The notes beneath the pieces are model-generated. The model made no database searches and was not told where the DNA came from. It worked only from the letters and a program-made list of their open reading frames with translations. From a virus, in IMG/VR virus record IMGVR_UViG_3300008117_007749: 64,000 nucleotides of DNA. One strand, 5' to 3'. A program made the translations under genes and the position numbers. This document shows, one piece after another, positions 45,925-57,058 of this stretch (positions within the stretch are counted from its first letter, which is position 1; every line of letters begins with the position of its first letter).

Positions 45925-47541
45925 ATGAAATTTAGATATGACACATCGACAGAAGAAATTGTTGTCACGTCAGCTACAAGAATTGAATACCATCAATTAA
46001 ATCTTTGGCTAACCAGACATGTGAAAGGTTATAGATATATGCCTGCATTCAAAATGGGTGTTTGGAATGGACAACAAACATATTTTAGAAACGGAAGAGT
46101 AAGTTTAGGACTCTGGAAAGAAGCTATGAAGGGATGCAAAGAAATAGATATGCCTTTCATATTAGAAAACAAAGATGAATTCCCTCTTAATAGAGAAGTG
46201 ACATTAGAGAGTGTTCAAGAGTTTTGTAAAGAGTTTTTTAAATTTCATAAAGTTAGAACAAAGTCAGGAGAATGGATTAACTTCACTCCTTACGATCATC
46301 AAATTGAGTCAGCTTACAAGATACTTAAAAATAGATATTGTATGGCCGAAGTTGCCACATCCGGTGGTAAATCATTAATAATATCTATTGTAATGTTTTA
46401 TACTTTAAAACATATTGATCCAACTGCCAAATTTCTAATCATAGTTCCTTCAATAACACTTGTGACACAGTTTTATGATAACATTATGGAATATAATTGG
46501 GGAATAAACAATTTAGCGGAGATGAGAGAAAAAAAAATAGAATCTATTTTAAATACAGACGCTAAATATTCACCATGTGATCTAAGAGTTGAAGAAGTTA
46601 TGTCAGAAAGACCGAGAAAACATTCCGGAACACAAGACGCAAACATTTATATAGGAACTTATCAATCACTTGAAAAATGGCCCAAAGAATTTTTTCAACA
46701 ATTTCACACAGTTATAACAGATGAAGCACACGGTGCAAAAGCAAAAACAATCACAACTATATTACAAAAAACGTTTAAATATGCATATTCAAGATTTGGA
46801 GTTTCTGGAACTTTTCCAGAAGATGACACTTGTGAAATTTTAACAATTCAAGCAGTATTGGGTCCAAAAATAACAGAGGTGTCTGCAAATGAGTTAAAGG
46901 AAAAAGGTATCATTACACCAATGGAAATTAGAGCAGTGATAATGAATCACAATGATAAAGAGTTTGATGATAGAATTCAACTTATCAAAAAAGGTGGAAA
47001 CGGAAAAGACGCATTTGAATTAGAAAAAGCCTACATACATGTTTCTGAAAAAAGACTAGATTTTATTAAAAAAATAGTAGAAAAGTGTGACTCAAACACA
47101 CTCTTATTATTTCACACAATTGATTACGGTCAGCAAATTCTTAAAAAGTTAGAAAAGGATCTTCCAGGCAGAGATTACTATTATATTGATGGTGAGATAT
47201 CTGGTAAGAAAAGAGAAGAGATAAAGAAACAAATGGAATTCACAGACGGTAACATTAAAGTTTTAGTTGCTTCTTATGGGACACTATCAACTGGGGTTTC
47301 TATCAACGCAATATTTAATGTCATATTTGCTGACTCATTTAAATCTGAGCAAATTATTATTCAATCTATAGGTAGAGCTCTTAGATTACACTCAGAAAAA
47401 AAGAAAGCAAATATTTTTGATTTAGTTGATGTATTTGACTCTAATAATATGTCAAATATACTATTTAGACACTTTAAAGAAAGAGAAAAGTTTTATCAAA
47501 AAAGACAATATCCATATAAAGTTATCAAAGTAAATCTTTGA
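45925..47541 (+). CDS. uvsW: UvsW-like SF2 DNA helicase
   Basis: PYDHQ, ATSGGKS, IVPS, DEAH, GVSGT, STGVSI, QSIGRALR. Confidence 0.9.
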   Translation: MKFRYDTSTEEIVVTSATRIEYHQLNLWLTRHVKGYRYMPAFKMGVWNGQQTYFRNGRVSLGLWKEAMKGCKEIDMPFILENKDEFPLNREVTLESVQEFCKEFFKFHKVRTKSGEWINFTPYDHQIESAYKILKNRYCMAEVATSGGKSLIISIVMFYTLKHIDPTAKFLIIVPSITLVTQFYDNIMEYNWGINNLAEMREKKIESILNTDAKYSPCDLRVEEVMSERPRKHSGTQDANIYIGTYQSLEKWPKEFFQQFHTVITDEAHGAKAKTITTILQKTFKYAYSRFGVSGTFPEDDTCEILTIQAVLGPKITEVSANELKEKGIITPMEIRAVIMNHNDKEFDDRIQLIKKGGNGKDAFELEKAYIHVSEKRLDFIKKIVEKCDSNTLLLFHTIDYGQQILKKLEKDLPGRDYYYIDGEISGKKREEIKKQMEFTDGNIKVLVASYGTLSTGVSINAIFNVIFADSFKSEQIIIQSIGRALRLHSEKKKANIFDLVDVFDSNNMSNILFRHFKEREKFYQKRQYPYKVIKVNL

Positions 47542-47571
47542 TGAAAGTCATGTCCATTAATATATAAATTA

Positions 47572-50500
47572 ATGGCTAAAGAAGTAGTTTCAGGAACACA
47601 TAAAACAGGTAAAGGCAACTGGGATGGAATGCATAAGTTTGGTTCGGGAGATGGTACTTGGGCTAATCTTCATGGATGGATCCAATTTGGAAGTATTGGT
47701 AAAGGTAAAATTCCAACAGCTTTACAATCATTTTATAAAAAATACAACCTAAATCCTTGTATAACATCGGTAAAATTCACGGTTGATCCTGTAAATTATA
47801 AAGTTGATTGGGAATTCACGATTGAAGAATCTCCAGATGGAAATGCTTATGTTGGGTTTTCATCTTGGGGTGGTGCATCTGGAGGATATCCAAAAAAATC
47901 TCCACCGGCTTCACATGCTTATCCGAATTATAAAAAGGAATACAACGCTGCGGTAGGTATTAAAGGTGCTAAAGTAGCAGATGTTATAGATCTTTATTTT
48001 CCAGGTGGTTTTAGACAAATATTTTTTCAACATACATGGCCTCAAAAATATCCAAATTTACCAAAATCAGCGGGTCTAAAAGAAGGCACTGTTGGTGTGA
48101 AAATTGGCCCATCTGGTTCTCCTAAAAATTTACCAGAGTACAGTGGTGTTTTAGTTCAAACTACATCTGTTGATTCATCAGCTGATCAAGGAACATCCGG
48201 TGATCAACCACCAACTACGGATCAAAATGTCGAAAAAACCGAAAATGCAGCAAATAACAATAATAAAGCGGCCGCTGATCCGGGTCCTACAAAAATATCA
48301 AAAATAAAATTAGTTAAGAAAAGCGGCCCAGGTGAATTAATGGGTGAGGTAGAAAAAGAAACAATTTTTGGAGAAGCGGTATTCGAAGGTCTTCAATTTG
48401 ACGAACCAGGAGAATACGTCATCTCAGTTACAACAGAAGCTGAAGATATCGAACCAACTGAATTTACTATAAAAGTTGAAGGTGATCCTTCTCCTAAACA
48501 ACAGGAGCCAAAAGGAGAAGAAGAAAAAAAGACAGATGGTAATAGACCAATAATTGCACAAATCGACAAAACTACATATAAACTTCGACCAATAAAGTTA
48601 GATGCTGGAAGTAAAGATTTACAGACACAGGATTATCTACAAAGTTTAGGAAACACCCCTCTTTTCTGGTATAATACCTATCAAATTGAATCAAGAGATA
48701 TACTTCAAATGTCTCTTTTCCACGATGGTATAGTTCCTTGTTGTAATGTTGTTTTTTCAGACTCAAACGGTCTTATGAAAAGAGACGGAATGCCATTAGA
48801 TGATACTACATTTGAAATATTTCTAAATTCGGGTAGTCCAAATTTGAAGTCTATACACATGAAGTTCAAATTAACTAATTTTCAACAAAATAAAAGCGGA
48901 AATTACACAGTAACAGGAAGCATTGATCTTAAAGATTTCTATAAAATAAACTATAAAGCATATAAAGGAACTTCCTTTAAAGTAATGAGAGACATAGCTA
49001 AAGAGCTTGAGCTCGGATATAATTCTAATATCAACGACACACAAGATGAAATGAAATGGGTTAATACTGGAAAAACATGGAGAGAATTTATAGGTCAAAT
49101 TGTTGAACATTCCTATATTTCGGATAACTCATTTGTTATGGGATATATCGATTTTTATTATTGTTTCAATTATGTTGATATAGAAAAAGAATGGTCAAGA
49201 AATAACAATACAGATGTTGGATTAGACTCAAAAGGTCTTTCTCAAGTAGATAGAAAATCCGAAGAGTCGGATAAGATAGTGCCTATGATACTTATCAAAG
49301 ATGACTCTCAAAGAAGTTCAAGTTTCTTTTTCCACAAAGAGATAGTTAAAAATAACTCAACTCAAAAATCTGTAACAAAAGGACAATTTACTATAACAAA
49401 ATTTTACGATTCGGCTTCTAAATCATTTTTAATATTTGATGTAAATTCATTAACATCTACTGGTAATGATAAACTTATATTAAAAGGAAAACCAGCAGAT
49501 GGAAAAGATTTAGTAGAAAATTTTAGAACTAAGTTTGGAGGAAGAATTGATATGTCAAACTCACACAAAAATTACCTTTACTCACCAACTCAAAACAAAG
49601 TAAATTTTGACAATTTAACAAGAATATCATGCGAAATGGAGTTACCAAACGGTAATTTTAATTTATATAAATTTCAAAAAATTAAGATTTATTTTGTTAA
49701 TTCAGCTCCGACCGTTACCGAACCAGATAAATCACAAGTTAGACTTAACGGAGACTGGATGGTTGTAGATATAAGTTATAATTGGTCAAGAGGTAAGCTT
49801 ACACAAAATATTGTGGTAGCTAGAAAAGAACTTTCAAAGCTTCCAGAAGAGGTAGAAGAACAGAAAGACGAAACAAAGCCAGAAACAAAAGAAGGAAATA
49901 GCAACGAAGAAAAACCACTTGATCCACCAAACAGTGCTTATGCTATTAACGAAGTTTATTATGTTGAAGGAGAAGATGGTAAAAAGTTTCAAATTGTAAT
50001 TACTAGATTAGAAGAAAATGGAAATGAAGTGACTGGTTCTGTGTTAGAACAAAGACCACAATCTCAACCATCGCCCGGATCCTCTGGTACATCAGGAACT
50101 AGTGGAACCTCTGCCACAAGTGGAACTTCAGGAACATCAGGTACGTCAGCTGATTCAGTGGTCACTAATAAATTATTATCAGCAACTTATGTTGATAACG
50201 CAGATGGTACGGTAACAGCAAAAGCAACTTTTGAAATAAGTGGTAAAGAAGTTGATGGAACAGGAACTGCAGGACCAGATCCAGCTGGAAAAGGAAAACA
50301 AAAAGAAAACGCTACAAAATTAGCTGAACAAGATGCGGTAAATAAGTCTAAACAACCGGCTCAAACCGTAACTAACTCACCAGAGAATAAAGTAAGTAAT
50401 GGAGAAAGAGAATATATCTTAGGAATTCCTACTCCGGAAACAGAAGGTAATAAAAAGATTACTGGAAAAATTACATTTCAGGCCATAGGTCCTAAAAGAA

Positions 50501-50700
50501 ATGCTGTTGGTGTTTTAAGTGGATTTCCTGATGGTGGAACAATTGGTCCGATAAAAGGACCTCAAGTTCCAGCAGTTCTTGGAAAATCAGATGAAACTTA
50601 TCAGGAATTAGCTGATGGAATGGTTGGTATATTGAAACAAGAAATTATTAATAAATATAATATTGATGCTAAATTAACTATAATTGAAAAAAAGAATTAA
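47572..50700 (+). CDS. Large baseplate hub (gp27-like) protein with accessory domains and a short GTS tract
   Basis: TSFKVMRDIAKEL, YIDFYY, LNGDWMVVDISY pattern typical of contractile-tail hubs; lies upstream of the gp5-like gene; promoter at 47557. Confidence 0.55.
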   Translation: MAKEVVSGTHKTGKGNWDGMHKFGSGDGTWANLHGWIQFGSIGKGKIPTALQSFYKKYNLNPCITSVKFTVDPVNYKVDWEFTIEESPDGNAYVGFSSWGGASGGYPKKSPPASHAYPNYKKEYNAAVGIKGAKVADVIDLYFPGGFRQIFFQHTWPQKYPNLPKSAGLKEGTVGVKIGPSGSPKNLPEYSGVLVQTTSVDSSADQGTSGDQPPTTDQNVEKTENAANNNNKAAADPGPTKISKIKLVKKSGPGELMGEVEKETIFGEAVFEGLQFDEPGEYVISVTTEAEDIEPTEFTIKVEGDPSPKQQEPKGEEEKKTDGNRPIIAQIDKTTYKLRPIKLDAGSKDLQTQDYLQSLGNTPLFWYNTYQIESRDILQMSLFHDGIVPCCNVVFSDSNGLMKRDGMPLDDTTFEIFLNSGSPNLKSIHMKFKLTNFQQNKSGNYTVTGSIDLKDFYKINYKAYKGTSFKVMRDIAKELELGYNSNINDTQDEMKWVNTGKTWREFIGQIVEHSYISDNSFVMGYIDFYYCFNYVDIEKEWSRNNNTDVGLDSKGLSQVDRKSEESDKIVPMILIKDDSQRSSSFFFHKEIVKNNSTQKSVTKGQFTITKFYDSASKSFLIFDVNSLTSTGNDKLILKGKPADGKDLVENFRTKFGGRIDMSNSHKNYLYSPTQNKVNFDNLTRISCEMELPNGNFNLYKFQKIKIYFVNSAPTVTEPDKSQVRLNGDWMVVDISYNWSRGKLTQNIVVARKELSKLPEEVEEQKDETKPETKEGNSNEEKPLDPPNSAYAINEVYYVEGEDGKKFQIVITRLEENGNEVTGSVLEQRPQSQPSPGSSGTSGTSGTSATSGTSGTSGTSADSVVTNKLLSATYVDNADGTVTAKATFEISGKEVDGTGTAGPDPAGKGKQKENATKLAEQDAVNKSKQPAQTVTNSPENKVSNGEREYILGIPTPETEGNKKITGKITFQAIGPKRNAVGVLSGFPDGGTIGPIKGPQVPAVLGKSDETYQELADGMVGILKQEIINKYNIDAKLTIIEKKN

Positions 50701-50705
50701 TATAA

Positions 50706-52631
50706 ATGGCTCAGGAATATAATCTAAAAGTAAAAAAACCAAAAGATGATAATGAAAAGAAAATTTCAGGTGATCTAACTTTAGATGTACAAAAAAAGGG
50801 AGAAAAGGAATACACTTTCACTGTAAATGGCAGTACTCAGTCATCTATTTTGATTGAATATAGTTCAGTAGGAAAAGCAACTTTAACTGGTCTTCCAACA
50901 CCATGGACCAACCCACAATCAAAAACGGTAGTTGATAAATCTACTATTGGTCCAGTTGAGTCTAATAGGACTTTTGAGTTATCAAAAAATGACGATGGAT
51001 TTGAATATGAGCTTGAAGTGATTGATTCTCAAGAAAATTTGATAAGATTACTTAAAAAAGAATTTGAAACAGTATATGGAATTACTGCAAGTTTTGAATT
51101 GGCCTGTGAGGCTAAAAAAACTCAAACAGCTCCTGCTGAGAATAAAGGAAAACCAACAGTTGTAGCAAAATGGATATCAACAATTACACCTACCAATGCT
51201 AAACCAGGCGATAGACCTCTGGAAATAGGATTCGAAGTATTTAAAGATGGTGAGTCAATAATCAAAAGAGAAAAAACTGTCGGATTTACTTGGGATGAGA
51301 CTACAAAGAAGATATCAGTAAAATCCGCTGAATTATTTTATGATGGTACTGGTAAATGGGTTGAAGGCTTTGGAAAAGAACCTTTTATTGAAAAGGATGT
51401 AATATTATTTATGGATAATTTTCCAGGATCATCAACATCTACAGATGTTACAACATCAGGAACTTCTGGATCGAGTGGAACATCTGCTAAATTAATAGAA
51501 GGCGAATATAAATTTGATGTCACAACAACAGGATATTTAGTAAATGCTGAGTTAGGAAAACTCAAAATTATATCTAAAGAGGAAGTTGAAATAGTTGATG
51601 AATTTGATCCAGGTCCAGAAGAAGTTACATTTGAAGTATCAGAAGAATATAAGGAATCAGAATTTACAGGACCAGAGGAAAGTTTTGAGAGTGTTGTGGT
51701 TGAAGAATTTAACTCCAATACAGCAGCAGCTGTGGATCTTACAGAACCTAATCCAGAACAGCTAGATTTCACACCACCATCATCTAATGAAGATCCACCA
51801 GCGGAAGTTCCTTCAGATAGCCTTAAACCAACCAAAAAAGGATTTTTACAAGGAAAATCTTTTCAAAAAACACAAGGTTCTGGAAACTCGTGGGATGTGA
51901 AAGTAAGTGAAACATATAAACTGACTAAATTTAAATATGGTAATCCTAAAATTACAGAAGCTTCATTTATTAAAAGAGTTAAAAAGGCAGAAGGAGGAGT
52001 TGCAAATGGAACTAGTGATAGTGCGTACCGAAGTTATAAAGATAAAACAGTATGCCCTATCAGTAAAAAAGACCATCCAAATGCTAAAAAGTATGATTCA
52101 CTCTGTACTAGTAGCACAAAAGGAAGAATTTACAATATACATACAAACAAAGGAATACTTTGGTTAGTATTTAAAACGGCATTTGGGGTTAAAAATTCAT
52201 CTGAACATGGATCGGAATCACTTCAGAAGAGATTTTTAGAAATGAGTGATGAAGACTGGTGGAAAGTAATGAACGATACCTTTGTTAAACCAAACAGGGG
52301 ATTAGAGATGAAAAGCAAAGTCGCCGGTTACTTTTACACGTACCTTGCTTGGGGTAGTGGTTCAGGCGGTGCTATTAAAAACTTAAATACTGCACTTAAT
52401 CTATTGAAAGGTAGTAAAGAATTCACATCTGGTAAAATAAAAGACGCTCATATAAATTATGTAAATCAACTCTACGACCAAGGTAAAGAATCGGAATTGA
52501 TATCAGCTTTATATGATTGTAGAGCACAGTTTCTTCTAAATATTTCACAACCCGGTAATAAAAATTCAGTTTATAGAAATGGTTGGATAAACGGAGTAAA
52601 TGCATGGATACAAGATTTTCATGAATCATAG
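50706..52631 (+). CDS. Virion protein with C-terminal GH108-like lysozyme domain
   Basis: KKAEGG...TNKGI...RAQFL...YRNGWIN. Confidence 0.6.
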   Translation: MAQEYNLKVKKPKDDNEKKISGDLTLDVQKKGEKEYTFTVNGSTQSSILIEYSSVGKATLTGLPTPWTNPQSKTVVDKSTIGPVESNRTFELSKNDDGFEYELEVIDSQENLIRLLKKEFETVYGITASFELACEAKKTQTAPAENKGKPTVVAKWISTITPTNAKPGDRPLEIGFEVFKDGESIIKREKTVGFTWDETTKKISVKSAELFYDGTGKWVEGFGKEPFIEKDVILFMDNFPGSSTSTDVTTSGTSGSSGTSAKLIEGEYKFDVTTTGYLVNAELGKLKIISKEEVEIVDEFDPGPEEVTFEVSEEYKESEFTGPEESFESVVVEEFNSNTAAAVDLTEPNPEQLDFTPPSSNEDPPAEVPSDSLKPTKKGFLQGKSFQKTQGSGNSWDVKVSETYKLTKFKYGNPKITEASFIKRVKKAEGGVANGTSDSAYRSYKDKTVCPISKKDHPNAKKYDSLCTSSTKGRIYNIHTNKGILWLVFKTAFGVKNSSEHGSESLQKRFLEMSDEDWWKVMNDTFVKPNRGLEMKSKVAGYFYTYLAWGSGSGGAIKNLNTALNLLKGSKEFTSGKIKDAHINYVNQLYDQGKESELISALYDCRAQFLLNISQPGNKNSVYRNGWINGVNAWIQDFHES

Positions 52632-52658
52632 AAAAGACATAAACTTAATATATAGTCT

Positions 52659-54725
52659 ATGAGTATTTTTGATAATCCTAATCACCAAGGAGCACTTACT
52701 TATTTGATAGATGCAGCAACAGGTAATCCACAATTAGACTGGAGTTATCTTACCTACACATCACCGATAGACAAACAAAGTGCAGTTGATGGGGCTTCTT
52801 ATGATTTCTACACAAATTTAGCAAAAAACGGAGGATTTCCTAACTATGGACCAAACGGAATACTTATTAAGGATCCGGTTGAGAGTCCTTATCCACATGG
52901 TATTTTTAGTGCAGAAGCCGGAAAAAGGGGATTTTTACCACCAGAATCAATTTATCCAACAAGTGAAACTTTACCAAATGATATAGTCACTAAAGCATCA
53001 GCCGGTGGTTATATATTTCAAGACTGGAGAGGACATATTCTTAAAGCTGATTATTTAAGAAGAACAGAAGGAGACACTGGTGTTCCAAAAACCACTCCAA
53101 TGTCAAAATGGGACAAGACAAAAAACTTTGAAAGAAGTGAAAAAGATGTTCAAGATAAACCCTACACATTTAGAGATATTCCTCTAATTTTTGGAGATCT
53201 ACGAGGAGATTATTTTAGAAATGGACTTCAAGTAATAGACGAACAAGCATTCTTAGAACTTCCTACCGATTCAGGAAGCACTGCTAGATTAGATAACTTT
53301 AAAGGAACACCTTGGGAATTGAATGATCCTGTCTTTTTTGGATTTGATATAATCTTTGAGGCGGGTAGTTCTCCACTTTTAAACGGATCGGTTTTAGATT
53401 TTTTAAGACAATATTCAAACGTAAATGAATTTACAGAAAGAATTGCGGTCTATGAAGAATTTAAAAATCAGTTTAAAAAACTTTTTAGAGTTGACCAAGA
53501 AGTAGCTTTTCAAAATTCAATAGATGATACGAAAATTGCTTTTACAAAAGCAAAACCAAATTCAGCAATGTTACCTTCTAACTCGAATATTCATGAACCG
53601 GGTAGATTAGCATATATGGGATATTATCTGAAAAAAGTCACTGGATTAGATCTTTTAATAGAACAAAATAAAGGCAACACTTTAAAATATTTTGCTGATT
53701 ATAGAAATGACTTTATAAGTTTAGATTTTTATGAAGATGTATCACTTAGTGTTGGTGCGTTAGCACATTTATATAAATTGCTTTATTGGTCAAAACCTCA
53801 AGGTAAAATGATTGTTCCTGATAACTTACTAAGATTTAATTGTAAAATTATTATTTCCGAATTTAGAAACTTTATGAGAGTAAATAAATCAGGACCAACT
53901 GTTAGAGAAGTTAAAGATAACCTAAGTAGATATGTTTATTCACTAAAAGAATGTCAATTTTACTTTGACAAAATGCCACATCCAAATGAGGTATCAGTTG
54001 GTGGAGAAGGACCAGCTGCTCAAGAAAATTATTCTATAAACTTTGACTTTAAATACTCAACATTAAAAATGGAGAGATTTGTACCACAATCAAACTATGA
54101 ATGGGGAACATATGTAGGATACGATGCTGGAGCAATCTGGAAAATAGGAAACGCAGGAGCTAGAGATGCTAGAAAAACAGGATCGGGCGGTTCTTCTACA
54201 CCAAGATTTTTTACATCAAATACTAATACCGATAAACAAGTAGGAGTTGAAAAACCTAAAGTTCTATTAATATACGGAGAACCACAATCTAGAGTCGCTA
54301 CAGAGGCATTTGATGTTTTTAAACTTCAATCTGAAAAGAATGCACAAAAAGCTGAAAAACAAAATAGTTTGACGTCGGAAGCTTTCTCTAAAGGACCAAG
54401 TCCAGCATTTAAAAAAGCAGTCAATTTCGTTGTAGATGTTACCGGAATCGGAACAAAAGTAACACAAGCAAAAGGAAAAGCAAGTACTTTTTTTAACACA
54501 ATGTCACAAGAAACCGGATTAAAAGGAGCGTCAATCAGACAAACCTTACTTAATCAAACTCTAGATAAAGCATTTTCTAATAAAGTAGGAGGATCTGTTC
54601 AAAAGAACTTACTTTCTAATATACCACCTTCTGGTAACTTTTTTGACACTATGGGAACGCTAAAAAATGATGTTGCGAATTTTGCAGGAGGATCTATGGC
54701 AAATAAATTATTCGGAGGTCAATGA
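52659..54725 (+). CDS. Putative tail/baseplate protein
   Basis: 688 aa, late promoter at 52645, overlaps the gp5-like gene. Confidence 0.55.
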   Translation: MSIFDNPNHQGALTYLIDAATGNPQLDWSYLTYTSPIDKQSAVDGASYDFYTNLAKNGGFPNYGPNGILIKDPVESPYPHGIFSAEAGKRGFLPPESIYPTSETLPNDIVTKASAGGYIFQDWRGHILKADYLRRTEGDTGVPKTTPMSKWDKTKNFERSEKDVQDKPYTFRDIPLIFGDLRGDYFRNGLQVIDEQAFLELPTDSGSTARLDNFKGTPWELNDPVFFGFDIIFEAGSSPLLNGSVLDFLRQYSNVNEFTERIAVYEEFKNQFKKLFRVDQEVAFQNSIDDTKIAFTKAKPNSAMLPSNSNIHEPGRLAYMGYYLKKVTGLDLLIEQNKGNTLKYFADYRNDFISLDFYEDVSLSVGALAHLYKLLYWSKPQGKMIVPDNLLRFNCKIIISEFRNFMRVNKSGPTVREVKDNLSRYVYSLKECQFYFDKMPHPNEVSVGGEGPAAQENYSINFDFKYSTLKMERFVPQSNYEWGTYVGYDAGAIWKIGNAGARDARKTGSGGSSTPRFFTSNTNTDKQVGVEKPKVLLIYGEPQSRVATEAFDVFKLQSEKNAQKAEKQNSLTSEAFSKGPSPAFKKAVNFVVDVTGIGTKVTQAKGKASTFFNTMSQETGLKGASIRQTLLNQTLDKAFSNKVGGSVQKNLLSNIPPSGNFFDTMGTLKNDVANFAGGSMANKLFGGQ

Positions 54726-57007
54726 AAAAAAGAGCTGAAATAGGTAAAACCTATATAGGTGTAGTAGAGGAAAATGTAGACCCAGATAAACACGGTAGGT
54801 TAAAGGTTAGAGTTTTAGACTTCTTTGAAAAAATGGAAGTTGAAGATATTCCTTGGGCTTCTCCTTGGAAAGATCTTAACGGTAATCAATTTTCAGTACC
54901 AGATAAAGGCAAGGTTGTGATTGTTGTATTTGACCAAGGTGATATAAATAAACCGGAATTTATATTTTCAGAGCACTATAATGTTAATTTAGAAAATAAA
55001 ATCAAATCACTTTCAAATGAAGACTATCTTTCTATGAAATCTTTACTTTATGATCATAGAACTCAAATATATGTAAATGAATCCGAGGGTCTTAAAATTG
55101 ATCACAAATATAACAACATTAACATAACGGAAAACTCCATTAATTTAAACCTTAAAGACAATAAAAGAATTATAAATATTGGAGATAAAACAGCTAATCA
55201 ACAAGCAGTATTGGGAAACAACTGGATGACTTGGTTTGATGAGTTTGTCGATCATCTTATGGGTCAATTTGGCGGAGCTTTACTATCACCCACACCTTGT
55301 ATGCCATCTCCACCTTTTTTAGCAGTTCTTTTAAAATATAAAGCTTTAAGAGATACTAAATTTTTATCACATCACGTAAATATAGTTGATAATGATAAAA
55401 CCTCAACAGTAAAAGGCGAAACTGAAAAAAGACAAGATGAATCACAACAAGGAGATAAATGGGTATCAACTAAAGAAGAGAATAAAGTTACAACAAAAAC
55501 AGAAGAGGATTTCAAGCCAGTTGAAGGTCCTAAACCAAAATATGATGAAAATTTTAAAGCCGAGCCAACAGAAACCAAAACAGATCCTAAAGAAGAGGTA
55601 AAAACAGAAACTCCTAAACCATCTGAAGTTAATCCAGCGACCGGAATTGAAACAAAAAAACCAGATGATCCGACTAAACCAGAAGAGAAACCAATTAAAA
55701 AAGAAGAGCCTCTATCGTCACCGACTTCAAATACTAAAATTGACAGTCTGATAAAGTTTATGGAATCAAAAGACTATAGAGTTTTTAAAGACCAATATCT
55801 ACTTAATATAGTTGGTATTAGGAACAAAACTAAAAAGATTACCAATGTATTTGATGATCAACTAAATGTATTCTATATAGATGATAAAGGTAACTGGACA
55901 TTAAAAGAATATGATATTACAACAGTTCCTGGATTAGTACCAGGTGAAGAAAAACTACCCGAAAATGTGGCAATGTTAGCACTCGGTCAATATTTAAATG
56001 TTATAAAAATGTCAAATTTTCAAGAAGATACAAAACATCCTTGTTTGAAATTTGATTATTGTGCTGTTCATAGAAATAACAAAAGAAATAAATATGATTT
56101 CACTTCACCAATAGAACAAGGAAGTATTCCAATGTATATTCACAGATCATCGGATACATCCACCGCTCAGTATGTTTTTAACTATTCAGAAGGATCTCAA
56201 GTTTTTAAAAACATAAATCACTATGATGAGTTTATGGAATTATGTAAAAAACAATTAAGTGAGGGTAAAAAAGAGTTATTTACCTATACACTTACGGATA
56301 AAGTAGATTATGAGAAATCAACCGAAAGTACAGAAGAAGAAACTAAATTGAACAAATACGAAAAATACGCTAAAGGTAAAATTAAACAAGCTAAAGATAA
56401 ATATAAAGATATTAAAGATAAAGTTGATAAAAAAATCGACAATATTCAACAAAATATATCAGAAACAAAAGAAATAATTGAAGAAAAATTAGGTTCTAAA
56501 CAAGTTATCGCAGCTCTTATAATAGAAGGATATTTTAAAGACGAAAATGAACCAAATCAAAGAGAATTATTTGATCAAAAGGTGGATAGTGGTATGATTG
56601 CTAAAAGAACTACATTGACAGCGGGTGGAATTGGAAAACCAGAATTCGAAGGAGATACTTACTATGGACTTAAACAAGAATATAAAGATAAATATGAGTC
56701 AAATATACTATCATCTTTACCAGAAGGAACAGATTCTTCACAAGTATTTTTATTAATAAGACAAAAGAAAACTCTTAATAAATCTAAAGAAAAGGCTGCT
56801 AAAGAAAGTGAAACAAAAGGTACAACAGAGGTAGATCCACTAGGATTCGTGGGAACAGTTGTAGTATTCACACCACCTAAACAACCAACTGATAAAAAGA
56901 AAGATAAAGAGAAAAAAGATAAAGAAGAGGAAAAACAAAATACTTCTGGTCAAAATACAGACCAATCTGGAGGAAGTTCAAATAGCCAAACCGGAACAAC
57001 TCCATAA
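54722..57007 (+). CDS. gp5-like baseplate spike/hub with N-terminal OB fold and an internal paralogue of the 30423..31157 domain
   Basis: YIGVVEENVDPDKHGRLKVRV...IPWASP...FSVPDKG...VFDQGD; LNIVGIR...TTVPG...IHR...SEGSQVF. Confidence 0.8.
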   Translation: MKKRAEIGKTYIGVVEENVDPDKHGRLKVRVLDFFEKMEVEDIPWASPWKDLNGNQFSVPDKGKVVIVVFDQGDINKPEFIFSEHYNVNLENKIKSLSNEDYLSMKSLLYDHRTQIYVNESEGLKIDHKYNNINITENSINLNLKDNKRIINIGDKTANQQAVLGNNWMTWFDEFVDHLMGQFGGALLSPTPCMPSPPFLAVLLKYKALRDTKFLSHHVNIVDNDKTSTVKGETEKRQDESQQGDKWVSTKEENKVTTKTEEDFKPVEGPKPKYDENFKAEPTETKTDPKEEVKTETPKPSEVNPATGIETKKPDDPTKPEEKPIKKEEPLSSPTSNTKIDSLIKFMESKDYRVFKDQYLLNIVGIRNKTKKITNVFDDQLNVFYIDDKGNWTLKEYDITTVPGLVPGEEKLPENVAMLALGQYLNVIKMSNFQEDTKHPCLKFDYCAVHRNNKRNKYDFTSPIEQGSIPMYIHRSSDTSTAQYVFNYSEGSQVFKNINHYDEFMELCKKQLSEGKKELFTYTLTDKVDYEKSTESTEEETKLNKYEKYAKGKIKQAKDKYKDIKDKVDKKIDNIQQNISETKEIIEEKLGSKQVIAALIIEGYFKDENEPNQRELFDQKVDSGMIAKRTTLTAGGIGKPEFEGDTYYGLKQEYKDKYESNILSSLPEGTDSSQVFLLIRQKKTLNKSKEKAAKESETKGTTEVDPLGFVGTVVVFTPPKQPTDKKKDKEKKDKEEEKQNTSGQNTDQSGGSSNSQTGTTP

Positions 57008-57057
57008 AAAATTAGTTTTTTAATTTAATATATAGATTATAAAAACTAATTTTTTAT
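57004..57057 (+). promoter_or_regulatory. 17-bp perfect inverted repeat with the late-promoter motif (57025-57034) in its loop
   Basis: ATAAAAAATTAGTTTTT (57004-57020) / AAAAACTAATTTTTTAT (57041-57057); ATG at 57059. Confidence 0.7.
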
Positions 57058-57058
57058 T

